Assembly: GCA_031267375.1 (NCBI GenBank)
Contig: JAIRZE010000086.1
Coordinates: 1 to 38,741, forward strand
DNA: 38,741 bases
Direction: 5' to 3'
Source: Rickettsiales bacterium
Lineage (GTDB): Bacteria; Pseudomonadota; Alphaproteobacteria; Rs-D84
Below the pieces are notes generated by a model. The model ran no database searches. It had not been told where the DNA came from and worked only from the letters and a program-made list of their open reading frames with translations. Numbering within the stretch: the stretch's first letter is position 1; each line of letters starts with the position of its first letter. A program made the translations under genes and the position numbers. This document shows positions 1-9,538 of the stretch, one piece after another.

Positions 1-90
1 GTTTTATCTCTTTTTATTTCTGAATAAAAAAAATAAACCCCTATTTGGAACCATTGCCAGTAGGGGTTTTAATTTATAAAGTTTTAACCA

Positions 91-543
91 ATGTATACAA
101 AAAAAATTACGGCAAAACAGCAAGAATTTTGCGAAGCTGTTGTTTTTAAAAAAAAATCTTATAAGGAAGCTTTTTTGGCCGCATACGGCCAGGGCAACTA
201 TAAAAATGATGTATTGATCCGAAAAGCGTCCAAAGTTGCCAAAAATCAAAAAGTATTGGCCGAGATTGCAAGATTGCGGGATTCAATTCTTAAAAAAGTT
301 AAAGAAAAAGAATTGTATACTCGCGAGAAATGGCTGGCCGAGGCTGAAGCGGTCCGCGAATTAGCACTGCGCGGCGAGAAGCCAAATTTATTGGCCGCGT
401 TGCGGGCGATTCGCGAAAAAGCCGATGCCGCCGGCATTAATATTGCCAAATCAGAGGTTGAAATAAAAGGAGCGCCCGAAATTAAAGTGTCAAACCAGTC
501 AGATCTGAATGCGTTAAAGGATTTGGATAAATGCTGCGCCTGA
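91..543 (+). CDS. terS: Terminase small subunit
   Basis: N-terminal 'ITAKQQEFCEAVV' HTH-like start typical of TerS; directly upstream of and overlapping terL. Confidence 0.8.
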   Translation: MYTKKITAKQQEFCEAVVFKKKSYKEAFLAAYGQGNYKNDVLIRKASKVAKNQKVLAEIARLRDSILKKVKEKELYTREKWLAEAEAVRELALRGEKPNLLAALRAIREKADAAGINIAKSEVEIKGAPEIKVSNQSDLNALKDLDKCCA

Positions 544-1808
544 CCAAGGTATTCCACAGGATTGTGGAATATATAAAAAGCGGCAAGGTTATAATATTTT
601 GCCGCGGCGGAACATCATCATCAAAAACTTGGTCAATTTTGCAAGTTCTGATTCGTCGCGCCCAAAACGGGCATCAGGTAAATATAATTGGCCTGTCGTA
701 TGTCCATTTGCGCTTGGGTATAATCCGCGATATGCAATTAATCGCGCCGACAGTGGGTATTGATTGGAGCGCGCAATACAAGGTTGGGACAAACAGCCTG
801 TTGTTTCCGGGCGGCGGAATTATTAATTTTATTAGTGTAGATAAAATTGACAAGGCGCACGGATTGCGGTCCGGGGATTTATATATAAACGAGTGCAATT
901 ATCATTCGTGGGAAATTGTTGATCAACTACTCTCGCGCACATCTGGATTAAAGTTTCTGGACTGCAACCCGTCGGCGCGATTTTGGATTATAGATAAAAT
1001 TTTAGAAAATCCAAAATGGAAAGATGTTGCGATAGAAGATGTTAGTACTTATAAGGATAATGAATTTTTAGACGCATCAGTCGTTGCAGCGATTGAAGCC
1101 CACGACCCCGCCAGTAATTGGTGGCGTGTTTATGGCCTGGGCCAGTGGGGGATTCACGAGGGGTTGATTTTTGATAATTTCAAAATTCAGGAATTTAATA
1201 AGAATCAATTCGGCGAATATCGGTATGGGGTAGACTGGGGCTTTGGAACAGACCCTTTTGCGTTTGTTGAATGCGCGATTAATCCGCGGGAAAACAACCT
1301 GTATATATGTCGGGAAATCTATGGCAAAGGGCTGTTGAACCAACAGACCGCGCCGATAGTCAAGGATATTGCCGGCGCCGCAATTGTGATGTGCGACAGT
1401 GCGGAGCCAAAATCAATTGCGGATTATCAAACCGCCGGGATAAACGCAATCGGCGCCGACAAGGGGCACGGTTCCGTGTCGGCAGGTATCAAATATCTGC
1501 AAGGATATAATCAAATTATAATTCATCCGGATTGCGTCCGGGTGGGTTCGGAATTTGGTCAATACAGCTACAAAAAAAACCGGATAAGCGGTGAATATAT
1601 AGCCGAGCCAATAGACGAGTTCAATCACGGGATTGATGCAATCCGGTATGCGCTGAACTTTGACATAACAAGCGGCGATCGTTATAAGCCGCATCTGACT
1701 AAGGCCGAGCGGCAGGCGCAGATTGAAGAAAGTTATAATAAACAGATTGAAGATGTAATTAAACACAGTGGAAAGATAATAATTTCCACAAAAGGAATAA
1801 TACTATGA
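531..1808 (+). CDS. terL: Terminase large subunit (PBSX/Terminase_3-like)
   Basis: Walker A RGGTSSSKT, Walker B LYINE, coupling motif LDCNP, nuclease motifs GVDWGFGTDP, CDSAEP and NHGIDAIRY. Confidence 0.95.
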   Translation: MLRLTKVFHRIVEYIKSGKVIIFCRGGTSSSKTWSILQVLIRRAQNGHQVNIIGLSYVHLRLGIIRDMQLIAPTVGIDWSAQYKVGTNSLLFPGGGIINFISVDKIDKAHGLRSGDLYINECNYHSWEIVDQLLSRTSGLKFLDCNPSARFWIIDKILENPKWKDVAIEDVSTYKDNEFLDASVVAAIEAHDPASNWWRVYGLGQWGIHEGLIFDNFKIQEFNKNQFGEYRYGVDWGFGTDPFAFVECAINPRENNLYICREIYGKGLLNQQTAPIVKDIAGAAIVMCDSAEPKSIADYQTAGINAIGADKGHGSVSAGIKYLQGYNQIIIHPDCVRVGSEFGQYSYKKNRISGEYIAEPIDEFNHGIDAIRYALNFDITSGDRYKPHLTKAERQAQIEESYNKQIEDVIKHSGKIIISTKGIIL

Positions 1809-2074
1809 ATTTCAGACCATTAAAAGAATTGGTGCAGATTAAGATTTGCGCGGATTTAGAAAAGTCAGATCAGTTATTCGTTCGCGACAATGGCGATAGT
1901 GGAGATGCGAAGCAAACGCGTATCGTTAAAATTATTGCAAAGGGCGAGAGCTGCCGCGATACATATCAGGTTGGAGATAATTGTCTGATAGTGGACGGCC
2001 AACAATTGGAATCACCAGAAACGGGTTTAACCCTTTGTTTTGATATGGATATCTTGGGGGTCTTAAATGGTTGA
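1805..2074 (+). CDS. groES: Phage-encoded GroES/Cpn10-like co-chaperonin
   Basis: MNFRPLKELVQIK resembles MKIRPLHDRVIVK. It has a hydrophobic mobile-loop triad (LFV), 'IIAKGE...YQVGDNCLI' and C-terminal 'DMDILGVL' (compare ESDILAIV). 89 aa; ATGA overlap with the terL stop. Confidence 0.82.
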   Translation: MNFRPLKELVQIKICADLEKSDQLFVRDNGDSGDAKQTRIVKIIAKGESCRDTYQVGDNCLIVDGQQLESPETGLTLCFDMDILGVLNG

Positions 2075-4085
2075 TTTTAATAAATCTTCGTATTGGCTGC
2101 AAAAAATTTCAAAATACAAGAATGATAAAAGAGTGGAAAGCTTTCTGGATTCCGGTTTCCAAATCCTGCGGCGCCTGCGAAATAAAAAAAATTCAAATGC
2201 TTTGAAATTCAGTTGGGCTGATATTTCATCGTGCCTGAGCAATACAGAAAACATTGAAGATGGTTATAATCTTTTGTTTCAGGTTATAAAAACCATATCG
2301 CCCTTTTTAATATCATACATCCCAGATCCGATAGTTGACCGGCGCGATCGCGAGCAAAATCCAGTCGCCAGAATGGCGTGCGAGATTTTAGAGCGCACTA
2401 TATCTTATAATTTGGATATTTCGGATTTCAAAAACGCGTATTTTCGCGCGCGCCAAGATAACTTAATCTTTGGCCGCGGCGTGCTGTGGGCCGAGTATTC
2501 AGCGGAAAATAGCCAAGAAACCGTGCAAGAATCAGATCCGCTGACCGGCGCTGTTATTGAAAGCACTCGCGACATAGTGTCGGACGAAAAAATATCATTG
2601 GTATATGTGGCGCCGTCTGATTTTTTTCATAATGAAGACGCGCGAATTCCAGAAGAGATAAAATGGTATGCGCGGCGCAAGTTCGTAAGCCCTGATTACA
2701 TAAAATCAGCATTTCCCGGCGCCCGCGTCCAAGAATCCACCGCGTCCAAAAAAGCAAAAATAATTGAAGTAGATGACCCAAAAACGGGCGATGACAATAT
2801 AGAGCTTTTTGAAATCTGGAATGTTGCTGATAAAAAGATTTACTGGGTATCGCCGCAAGTTATTGCAGAAGATATGGAATCTGTCTTGGCGGCGCAAGAT
2901 TTTTACTGGGATGTCCCTGCGCCTTGCCAGATGTTGGTGCTGAATGAAACAAATGACAATATCATCCCGACATCGTTATTATCGCAGATTTTGCCCCAGC
3001 AAAACGAAATTGACCTTTTGTCATCGCGCATAACACGGCTGTCAAAGGCTTTGAAAGTAAAAGGCGCTTATGATAAATCAATCAGCGAAATGGGCGACTT
3101 TTTGTCGGACGCCAACGATACGGCGATGAATCCTGTTGATGTTATTAAATATATTGACAAGGGCGGTATCCAAAATGCGCTGTATTTTATGCCGCTAGAC
3201 ACCATAAAGCAGGCGCTGGATTACTGCAAGCAGGCGCGGCAAGATTTGATAGATTTATCGCTGCGCAACATTCAAATTAATCCAATATTAGAGGGACAAA
3301 CCAATAGCAACGAAGCCTTTGGCACTAATCGCATTAAGGGCAGCTTTGGCATTATGTCGGTCCAAGATATGCAACGCGTTTGTGCAGAATTTTTGGAAGC
3401 CTGCGTCAAAATGCAAGCAAATATAATATGTCAGGAATTTGAATCGTATAACATCGCGGATTATGCCAATATGCCGTTTGACGCGGAAACCGCCCCCGCT
3501 TTGGAGCTGTTAAAGTCTGAGAAAATCCGCAATACAGAAATCTGCGTGGAAATTGAATCAACAAAAGCCTATTACGACGAAGTTTATCAGGCCCGCATTG
3601 CCGCGTTTATGAGCACTTTGCAGCAGGATATCCAAAATGCGCAACAGGTGATTGCAGGGGCGCCGGAACTGGCCGATGTCTTTAAATTAATCATATTACA
3701 AAAGGTTCGCAGTCAGCGAATTGGCCGAATGTTTGAAGCGGGTTTGGAAAAATCCTTGGAAGAATTGGTTGCTAAAGTCAAGCAGGCCGCCGCGCAACCC
3801 GCGCCGCCGCCGCAACCGGACCCCACGGCAATGGCAACAATACAAGCACGCGAAGCCGGATCTATCCAGCGCGAGCAGGTCAGGCAGACCGCCGAAAACG
3901 ATCGCGCCGACAAGAAAATGGCGATAGAGGCGATGAATCTGGAAATCAAGCGCGAAGACTTGCGCATCAAGCAAGCCAGCGATCGTGCAAAAGAGCTTCT
4001 TAAAAACAAGGAATTGGACGCGGAAATAATAGCGAACCAAGAGCGGGTCGCCGCTGGATTAATTCCGGACGCCAATCTGGGATAA
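2067..4085 (+). CDS. Portal protein
   Basis: 672 aa immediately after the terminase genes; 'RARQDNLIFGRGVLWAEY' portal-like segment and a coiled-coil C-terminus. Confidence 0.88.
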   Translation: MVDFNKSSYWLQKISKYKNDKRVESFLDSGFQILRRLRNKKNSNALKFSWADISSCLSNTENIEDGYNLLFQVIKTISPFLISYIPDPIVDRRDREQNPVARMACEILERTISYNLDISDFKNAYFRARQDNLIFGRGVLWAEYSAENSQETVQESDPLTGAVIESTRDIVSDEKISLVYVAPSDFFHNEDARIPEEIKWYARRKFVSPDYIKSAFPGARVQESTASKKAKIIEVDDPKTGDDNIELFEIWNVADKKIYWVSPQVIAEDMESVLAAQDFYWDVPAPCQMLVLNETNDNIIPTSLLSQILPQQNEIDLLSSRITRLSKALKVKGAYDKSISEMGDFLSDANDTAMNPVDVIKYIDKGGIQNALYFMPLDTIKQALDYCKQARQDLIDLSLRNIQINPILEGQTNSNEAFGTNRIKGSFGIMSVQDMQRVCAEFLEACVKMQANIICQEFESYNIADYANMPFDAETAPALELLKSEKIRNTEICVEIESTKAYYDEVYQARIAAFMSTLQQDIQNAQQVIAGAPELADVFKLIILQKVRSQRIGRMFEAGLEKSLEELVAKVKQAAAQPAPPPQPDPTAMATIQAREAGSIQREQVRQTAENDRADKKMAIEAMNLEIKREDLRIKQASDRAKELLKNKELDAEIIANQERVAAGLIPDANLG

Positions 4086-4088
4086 CCA

Positions 4089-4412
4089 ATGATTCCGTGG
4101 AACCAAAGTCTTGGCGAAGATTTGATTAAAATATCCAGCGAGCAGGATTTGAAAGAATTCTGCCGCCGAACCAATCAGATCAATATAACCGCAAATGCCG
4201 AAGAATTTATATCCGACAGCCATAAGGTTTCAGATTTTGAAAAAAAGCAGCGAACGCTGCGGATGCGGCAAAAGATGTTTGATGTCGCAAACAAACTGAG
4301 ATTCGGAGCGGTCCCCGCGCCGGACCGGTTTCATATCTGCCGGCTGGATTTTGATAAATTCAAGGTTCGCCGGCGTAATAACGCAGACATTGTACGCAAG
4401 TCTGCCAAATGA
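4089..4412 (+). CDS. Hypothetical protein (head module)
   Basis: 107-aa ORF filling the portal-scaffold gap with 3-15 nt spacing. Confidence 0.6.
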   Translation: MIPWNQSLGEDLIKISSEQDLKEFCRRTNQINITANAEEFISDSHKVSDFEKKQRTLRMRQKMFDVANKLRFGAVPAPDRFHICRLDFDKFKVRRRNNADIVRKSAK

Positions 4413-4427
4413 TCCAAAGGAGCACAA

Positions 4428-5534
4428 ATGACCGACTTAAAAGAAGTTCAAGATAAGGTAAAACATAGTATTTTAGAGCAGGTTGGCGCAGAAAATATGG
4501 ATGACGCCGAAGCCGCGCTGCAAAAACAGCAATTGGCCATAGAGCTGGCCGCAGATATTCCGGTTGATGATCCGGATGATGAAAAAGATCCCGATGAAGC
4601 GGACCCAAAACCCACCTCCGCAGATCCGAACAAACCGGACGATAGTCCAAAACCCACCCCCGCCGATGATGATAAAACATTGCCGGCCCCTGATCTGACC
4701 GAAGAGGAATCTTTGGCTTTGGCGCCTTTCAAAAAAGAAATAAAAGATAAATTGGTGTCAATTCCGGAAGATATTCGGGCAGAAATCGTCAGGGTTAATT
4801 CCGTAAGTCAAAAATATATAGAACGTCTGGAAAACGATAAAAAAGCATACCAAGAATCAATTCAGCCCGTTTACGGATATCTGTCATCGGTTGCAAAATC
4901 AAGCCAGATTCCCATAAATGAAGTCGTGCGAAATTGCGTCAATTGGATCCAATCTTTGGAAGTTAGCCCAGAGCAGACAATTTTGAATGCTTTGCTGGCC
5001 GGCAATATCAGATTAAATTCACCCGAAACAATCTTGCGCGGAATTGAAAGGATTTACAATATTAAAACAACAAGAACTGAACAAGAAGAGCAAATGGCTC
5101 TTGCGAATGACAGGGCCTTTCTGGCGGAGCAGAATCTGCAAGCCAGCAGGAACTTTCAGTCCCATATGCGCGACGCGGAAATCGCCACAGCCGAAAACGA
5201 ATTGATTTCAACAATCGGCGCTTTCAAAGACGCGCACAATGGGTTTGATGTCAGCAGTCCACTATTTCAGTATTTCGTAATCCAAGAGGAAAAGAAAGCC
5301 GACGGACGCGACGCGTTGAATATTATGGAATCCGCATTTGCGGCGATGAACGCGGCATATCCCCAGACGCCGCCAGCCAATCCGATACCGCCAAAAGTGG
5401 TTGATGTCAATAAAAAGCTGGCCAAGGTGGCGCCAAAAAACAACGGGGTATCCGGCGCAGACACGCCCGTAAAAGCCGAAAGTCTGGAAGAAGTTCGCAA
5501 GAATCTGAATAAATCTTTTTCAGCATTAATCTAA
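4428..5534 (+). CDS. Capsid scaffolding/assembly protein
   Basis: Acidic, Pro/Asp-rich disordered N-terminus and helical body; AGGAG RBS; immediately upstream of the major capsid gene. Confidence 0.75.
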   Translation: MTDLKEVQDKVKHSILEQVGAENMDDAEAALQKQQLAIELAADIPVDDPDDEKDPDEADPKPTSADPNKPDDSPKPTPADDDKTLPAPDLTEEESLALAPFKKEIKDKLVSIPEDIRAEIVRVNSVSQKYIERLENDKKAYQESIQPVYGYLSSVAKSSQIPINEVVRNCVNWIQSLEVSPEQTILNALLAGNIRLNSPETILRGIERIYNIKTTRTEQEEQMALANDRAFLAEQNLQASRNFQSHMRDAEIATAENELISTIGAFKDAHNGFDVSSPLFQYFVIQEEKKADGRDALNIMESAFAAMNAAYPQTPPANPIPPKVVDVNKKLAKVAPKNNGVSGADTPVKAESLEEVRKNLNKSFSALI

Positions 5535-5546
5535 AAGGAAAATAAA

Positions 5547-6512
5547 ATGGCAGATGGAAATCTGAATTTTGACACAATGAAAGCAACCACGATAGACGAG
5601 TACTCTCGCTATCTGGATGATAATGTGTCTATTAACAATGAGCTGGGTAAGGATTTGAAAGCCCGCGGAAACTTGCGCCCCGATCGCGGCGGCTTGCGTA
5701 TTTTGGAAAGTTTATCCTATGCGTTTGCCGGCGATAAAGACGGGTTTGCGTTTCGTTTTACCGGGTCGGCTGAAATCCCGCTTCCCAATAAAAAGTTCGC
5801 CACCGCCGCGGAATTTGAAAGAAAGATGATCGCATCCCCGATTGTCTTTACAGACAGCGAGCGGCTGGCCAACTCTGGCGTGGCGCAAATGATTGACGAA
5901 ATCCAAGCGAAAGTTGAGAATGCGGCAGTGCTGATTCAGAATACTTTGGCAAACGACGAATATTCGGCAGGCGCGATTACCGATCAGATCGGCGGATTGC
6001 AGTTGTTGGTCCAGGATACTTTATCCGGCGCTGTCGGCGGAATCAATCAGCAGTCCAATCCTTGGTGGCGAAATTCCACCCAATCTGGCGCTTTGGCGAT
6101 AGAAAACATAGGTGGTTTTATGACCAATATGTATCTGGCAACAAAGTGCAACGCTGAAACGATTACCAACATATACGGCGATAACACCACTTGGACTTAT
6201 TACTATCAGTCCTTGGCGGATTTGCAGCGCTTTACCAACACCGACGGCAAAGGCGGCTTCACACCAAATTCCGTCGCGTTTATGGGTAATATACCCGTTA
6301 AACTGGACGGCGGTATCGGCGGATGCTGTCCCGTGGGCCATATGTACGGTCTGAATTTGGGCAAGATTTTCTTACGTGAAAATAAAGACTGGAAAGGCAA
6401 GCGCGGATTGCAGAAAGCAATTAATCAGGCGGTTGAAGTGGATATGTTCCGCTGGGCGGGCACGATGACCACATCGGGGCGCCGCTATCACGGCGTTATC
6501 TTTAACAGCTAA
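5547..6512 (+). CDS. Major capsid protein (HK97-fold, inferred)
   Basis: 'FDTMKATTIDEYSRYLDDNV...L...GGLRILESLSY' capsid-like N-terminus, 321 aa, strong AAGGA RBS, position after the scaffold gene. Confidence 0.88.
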   Translation: MADGNLNFDTMKATTIDEYSRYLDDNVSINNELGKDLKARGNLRPDRGGLRILESLSYAFAGDKDGFAFRFTGSAEIPLPNKKFATAAEFERKMIASPIVFTDSERLANSGVAQMIDEIQAKVENAAVLIQNTLANDEYSAGAITDQIGGLQLLVQDTLSGAVGGINQQSNPWWRNSTQSGALAIENIGGFMTNMYLATKCNAETITNIYGDNTTWTYYYQSLADLQRFTNTDGKGGFTPNSVAFMGNIPVKLDGGIGGCCPVGHMYGLNLGKIFLRENKDWKGKRGLQKAINQAVEVDMFRWAGTMTTSGRRYHGVIFNS

Positions 6513-6521
6513 ACATCAACC

Positions 6522-6541
6522 AACCCCGGGCAACCGGGGTT
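6522..6541 (+). other. GC-rich hairpin with GCAA tetraloop after the capsid gene
   Basis: AACCCCGG-GCAA-CCGGGGTT; no U-tract follows on the + strand. Confidence 0.7.
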
Positions 6542-6560
6542 AAACAAAAAAGGAAATGAT

Positions 6561-6890
6561 ATGTCAGCAGTAGCAAGTTTTGCATTGGATACAGTCTGGA
6601 CGCCGCACGAACGCGCGATTACCGGCGTGCAACCGGGCGATTTCGTGGACGGGAAACAGGGGCGCGGCGTTGTCGCGCTGTTTCCGGCCGCGGTTAGCGC
6701 CAACACGGCGGTGTATGTTGACGGCACCTTTAACGGTACCGCAACATCGGCAACCGGAACACTGGCGGGCGTCGTTAACGCAGATGTCGCAGCCGGCAGT
6801 TATGCTGTCGTGCAGATAGAGGGATTGACTGGCGCGGGCGCCTGGATAGTTCCGACTGTCGTCGCGGCTGCACCGTCAGGTGGCGCATAA
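6561..6890 (+). CDS. Capsid decoration/cement protein (putative)
   Basis: 109-aa Ala/Gly/Val-rich, beta-type ORF directly after the capsid gene, followed by a terminator. Confidence 0.6.
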   Translation: MSAVASFALDTVWTPHERAITGVQPGDFVDGKQGRGVVALFPAAVSANTAVYVDGTFNGTATSATGTLAGVVNADVAAGSYAVVQIEGLTGAGAWIVPTVVAAAPSGGA

Positions 6891-6900
6891 CCCAAGCAAT

Positions 6901-6926
6901 AGTGCCGGCATCCTTTTGCCGGCACT
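6901..6926 (+). terminator. Intrinsic terminator between the decoration gene and groEL
   Basis: AGTGCCGGCA-tccttt-TGCCGGCACT followed by a short T run. Confidence 0.65.
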
Positions 6927-6953
6927 TTAATATATTGAAAAAGGATAATAAAA

Positions 6954-8258
6954 ATGCAAAAATGTAAGATAAAACGCGGAATTAACAAGGTTGTAGACTG
7001 TGTCGCCAAGACAGCGGGAAAATATGGCAAAAACATAATATTCACAAATTCAGCAGATTCAATCGCCACAAAAGACGGCGTGTCCGTCGTCCGTATGTTT
7101 AACCTGACGGATTCGGCAGAGATGACCGGCGTGAATCTGGTGCGGCAAGCTTGCGAGCAACAATTGCGCGAACACGGCGATGGCACGACGGCGACAGCGG
7201 TAATTATGCGCGAATTTTGCAAGCATAAATACACGCGCCAAGATATAGATTTTATTGATGTACAGCTTGAAAATTTGGAATTAAACAAGCTTCAAAATTG
7301 GGATTTAATGGATATAGCGACTGTATCCAGCAACGGCAATATGCCGATCAGCGCCGCGGTTGTGGAAGCTGTTAAAAAAATAGGCATAAACGGCAAGTTT
7401 ACCGGCGAACAGTGGTTTGAAAAAGGCATAAAAGTCAAGTATGCCCACGGTTTTGAATTCGGAAATGGTTTTATTTCAGAACAATTCGCAGATTCTGGGC
7501 AGTGGCACGCGATTAACCCCAAAGTGCTGATTTTTGATAATTATTCCGCAAGCGACAAAACACTGTTGGATGTCATATCCGCAAGCTTTCAGGCGGGTCA
7601 GCCGGTGCTGATTATCGGCAATCCGGACGAGTTGTTCTTGCGAAATGCAATTAATTGGAAAGGTGCCGGCAAGGGCGATATATGCCTGGTCCAGCCGTAT
7701 GGTATGGGCCACATTCGCCGAGATTTTATGAAAGATATTTTAGAGATCGCCGCCGTTGGAGTGGAAGAAGTGTATGTTAAGAATCATAGTACTGTTATAA
7801 GGTATTCCGGCGACCTATCGGATTATATCGCGAAGATTGAATCGTTGGAATTTGAAAGCGAATTGGAAAGGACTGAAAATAACGAGCGGATTGCCCGTTT
7901 GAAAGGCAATGTTGCGCGCTTTTTGGTTGGCGAGGATACAATCGCCGGCCTGCGCGCTGCAACCGACTGTCTGGATGACACTATTAAATCCTGTCTGTCG
8001 GCCGAAAAGCACGGCGCAGTCAAGGGCGGCGGGTTGGCGTTGTTTGAAGCGTCCAAGTCTGCGCATCTGCATCCGGCGTTAAGGGCGGCGATGCGGGCAC
8101 CGTATAAAAGCCTGCGCCGTTTGGGCAAAGTTGTCATAAGCGGCGATATAATAGATAGCGCCGGAGTTGTGAAAGCTTCATTGAAAAACGGCTGGGAGGC
8201 GGCAAAGCAGTTTATTAAGTCTGCCGATTTAATAATAGCCAAAGAGCCTGCGCGATGA
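6954..8258 (+). CDS. groEL: Phage-encoded, shortened GroEL/Cpn60-like chaperonin
   Basis: TKDGVSV, GDGTT, ATVSSNG (compare TISANS), ERIARLKGNVA (compare ERVAKLAGGVA), LDDT (D398 position), GAVKGGGLAL and IIDS. 434 aa; no GGM tail. Confidence 0.93.
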   Translation: MQKCKIKRGINKVVDCVAKTAGKYGKNIIFTNSADSIATKDGVSVVRMFNLTDSAEMTGVNLVRQACEQQLREHGDGTTATAVIMREFCKHKYTRQDIDFIDVQLENLELNKLQNWDLMDIATVSSNGNMPISAAVVEAVKKIGINGKFTGEQWFEKGIKVKYAHGFEFGNGFISEQFADSGQWHAINPKVLIFDNYSASDKTLLDVISASFQAGQPVLIIGNPDELFLRNAINWKGAGKGDICLVQPYGMGHIRRDFMKDILEIAAVGVEEVYVKNHSTVIRYSGDLSDYIAKIESLEFESELERTENNERIARLKGNVARFLVGEDTIAGLRAATDCLDDTIKSCLSAEKHGAVKGGGLALFEASKSAHLHPALRAAMRAPYKSLRRLGKVVISGDIIDSAGVVKASLKNGWEAAKQFIKSADLIIAKEPAR

Positions 8259-8848
8259 GCTATAACGAAATAGAACTTAAAAGAATACAGAAAAGCCGCG
8301 ATATACCGGCTTTTTTCTTTGTAAAACCACTGTACAACAGCGCGAAAAGCTTGTCCGCCGGCCGCCCCATATATGATCCGGTAATAATGCTGCAAGTTGA
8401 CACTGGCGGAACAGCAACTGTTGAAATAAAAGAATTTGCCGCGACGCCTGAATTAAAAAAACTGTATTCTGACGCTTGGAAATTTTTTGAAACCTATCAG
8501 GCGCCGCAGGTAAGAACCGGTATAAACGATCTGGAAATAGAAGAGCTGGCCGAACAGCACCCAGAAATTTATAGGGAATATATAAAGAATTGCAAAACCG
8601 CAACCGGGATAAGCGGGACACTAATTGAAGAACTGAACATTATTCCGATATCGGTGGTCCAAGAGTTGAAATCAATAGGTGTGTTTTATATAGAGCAGAT
8701 CTGGGATGAAACCGTGCCAACCGAAATTATAACAAGGGAAATATTGGACGCGGCCAAGCGCTATAAAAAGCTGTCCGAGCATAATTTTGATCTGAATCAG
8801 CTGGCCGACACGATAGACCAACTTTGCGATAAATTGGAAAATAAATAA
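8255..8848 (+). CDS. Hypothetical phage protein (head-tail junction)
   Basis: ATGA overlap with the groEL stop. 'S..AGRPIYD' and 'GT.IEEL..I....V.ELK.IG....EQ' recall a family I associate with this position in podophages. Confidence 0.6.
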   Translation: MSYNEIELKRIQKSRDIPAFFFVKPLYNSAKSLSAGRPIYDPVIMLQVDTGGTATVEIKEFAATPELKKLYSDAWKFFETYQAPQVRTGINDLEIEELAEQHPEIYREYIKNCKTATGISGTLIEELNIIPISVVQELKSIGVFYIEQIWDETVPTEIITREILDAAKRYKKLSEHNFDLNQLADTIDQLCDKLENK

Positions 8849-8853
8849 GGATA

Positions 8854-9339
8854 ATGAATAATAAAAAGCCGATTTTAAGCGAGATTTTAGCATTAGGGGC
8901 TGCCGAGGTGCCACAGCCAACCAGTGGGTCAGTATTATCCCAATTATGTGATTCTATCGGAGTTCCAAAACAAATGTTAGATCGTCAACTGCAAGCATCA
9001 CGAGCAAATGCAGATATGACAGCCCGAAATTACATATTAGGCGATACTGACGATTATTGGCACAGGCTGGCAGTCGCAGAGCAGGCAAATAAGGGTGTTA
9101 TTCCAGGGCGCTTAGCTTTGTTGTTGGGGCGAGCCAAGGAAGATTTGGTTGATCTTCCGTATTATACATATAAAGACGGCTTGTCCAAAGCTTTGGAGTA
9201 CCGAAGAAAAGACTTGCAAAGGAATTCTGACGGATATAAAATAGGGCGTGAAACACCTGCATCGCGATTAAGCGAAGTTTTGGAATTTTATAAAAATAAC
9301 TCTTTGAAAGATTGGTGGTTAAAATATGGCGATAAATAA
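8854..9339 (+). CDS. Serum amyloid A (SAA)-like domain protein (putative)
   Basis: 'DMTARNYILGDTDDYWHR...A.KG...A..LG.AKE...KDLQRNSDGYKIG' parallels SAA '[17 protein letters not shown]...AAKRG...A...S.ARE...ADQAANEWGRSG'. Confidence 0.55.
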   Translation: MNNKKPILSEILALGAAEVPQPTSGSVLSQLCDSIGVPKQMLDRQLQASRANADMTARNYILGDTDDYWHRLAVAEQANKGVIPGRLALLLGRAKEDLVDLPYYTYKDGLSKALEYRRKDLQRNSDGYKIGRETPASRLSEVLEFYKNNSLKDWWLKYGDK

Positions 9340-9520
9340 ATATATTAAAATTCCACTATGTATTATAAGTGTATGGGTTATATGCGTGTTTGGCGCCGCC
9401 GCAATATTTCCGTCGTTTGAAAATATTGACGAAGCGCGTGGATGCGGCAAAGCTGAGTTTTCAGTTCCACAAAATTGTGTTATAGGTGGCGATCCGACAA
9501 TCTGGTGTCATACTTGTTAA
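9326..9520 (+). CDS. Small single-pass membrane protein with Cys-containing C-terminus
   Basis: 64 aa with hydrophobic IPLCIISVWVICVFGAAAIF; overlaps the upstream gene by 14 nt. Confidence 0.55.
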   Translation: MAINKYIKIPLCIISVWVICVFGAAAIFPSFENIDEARGCGKAEFSVPQNCVIGGDPTIWCHTC

Positions 9521-9538
9521 AATTTGTATTATAATTCA

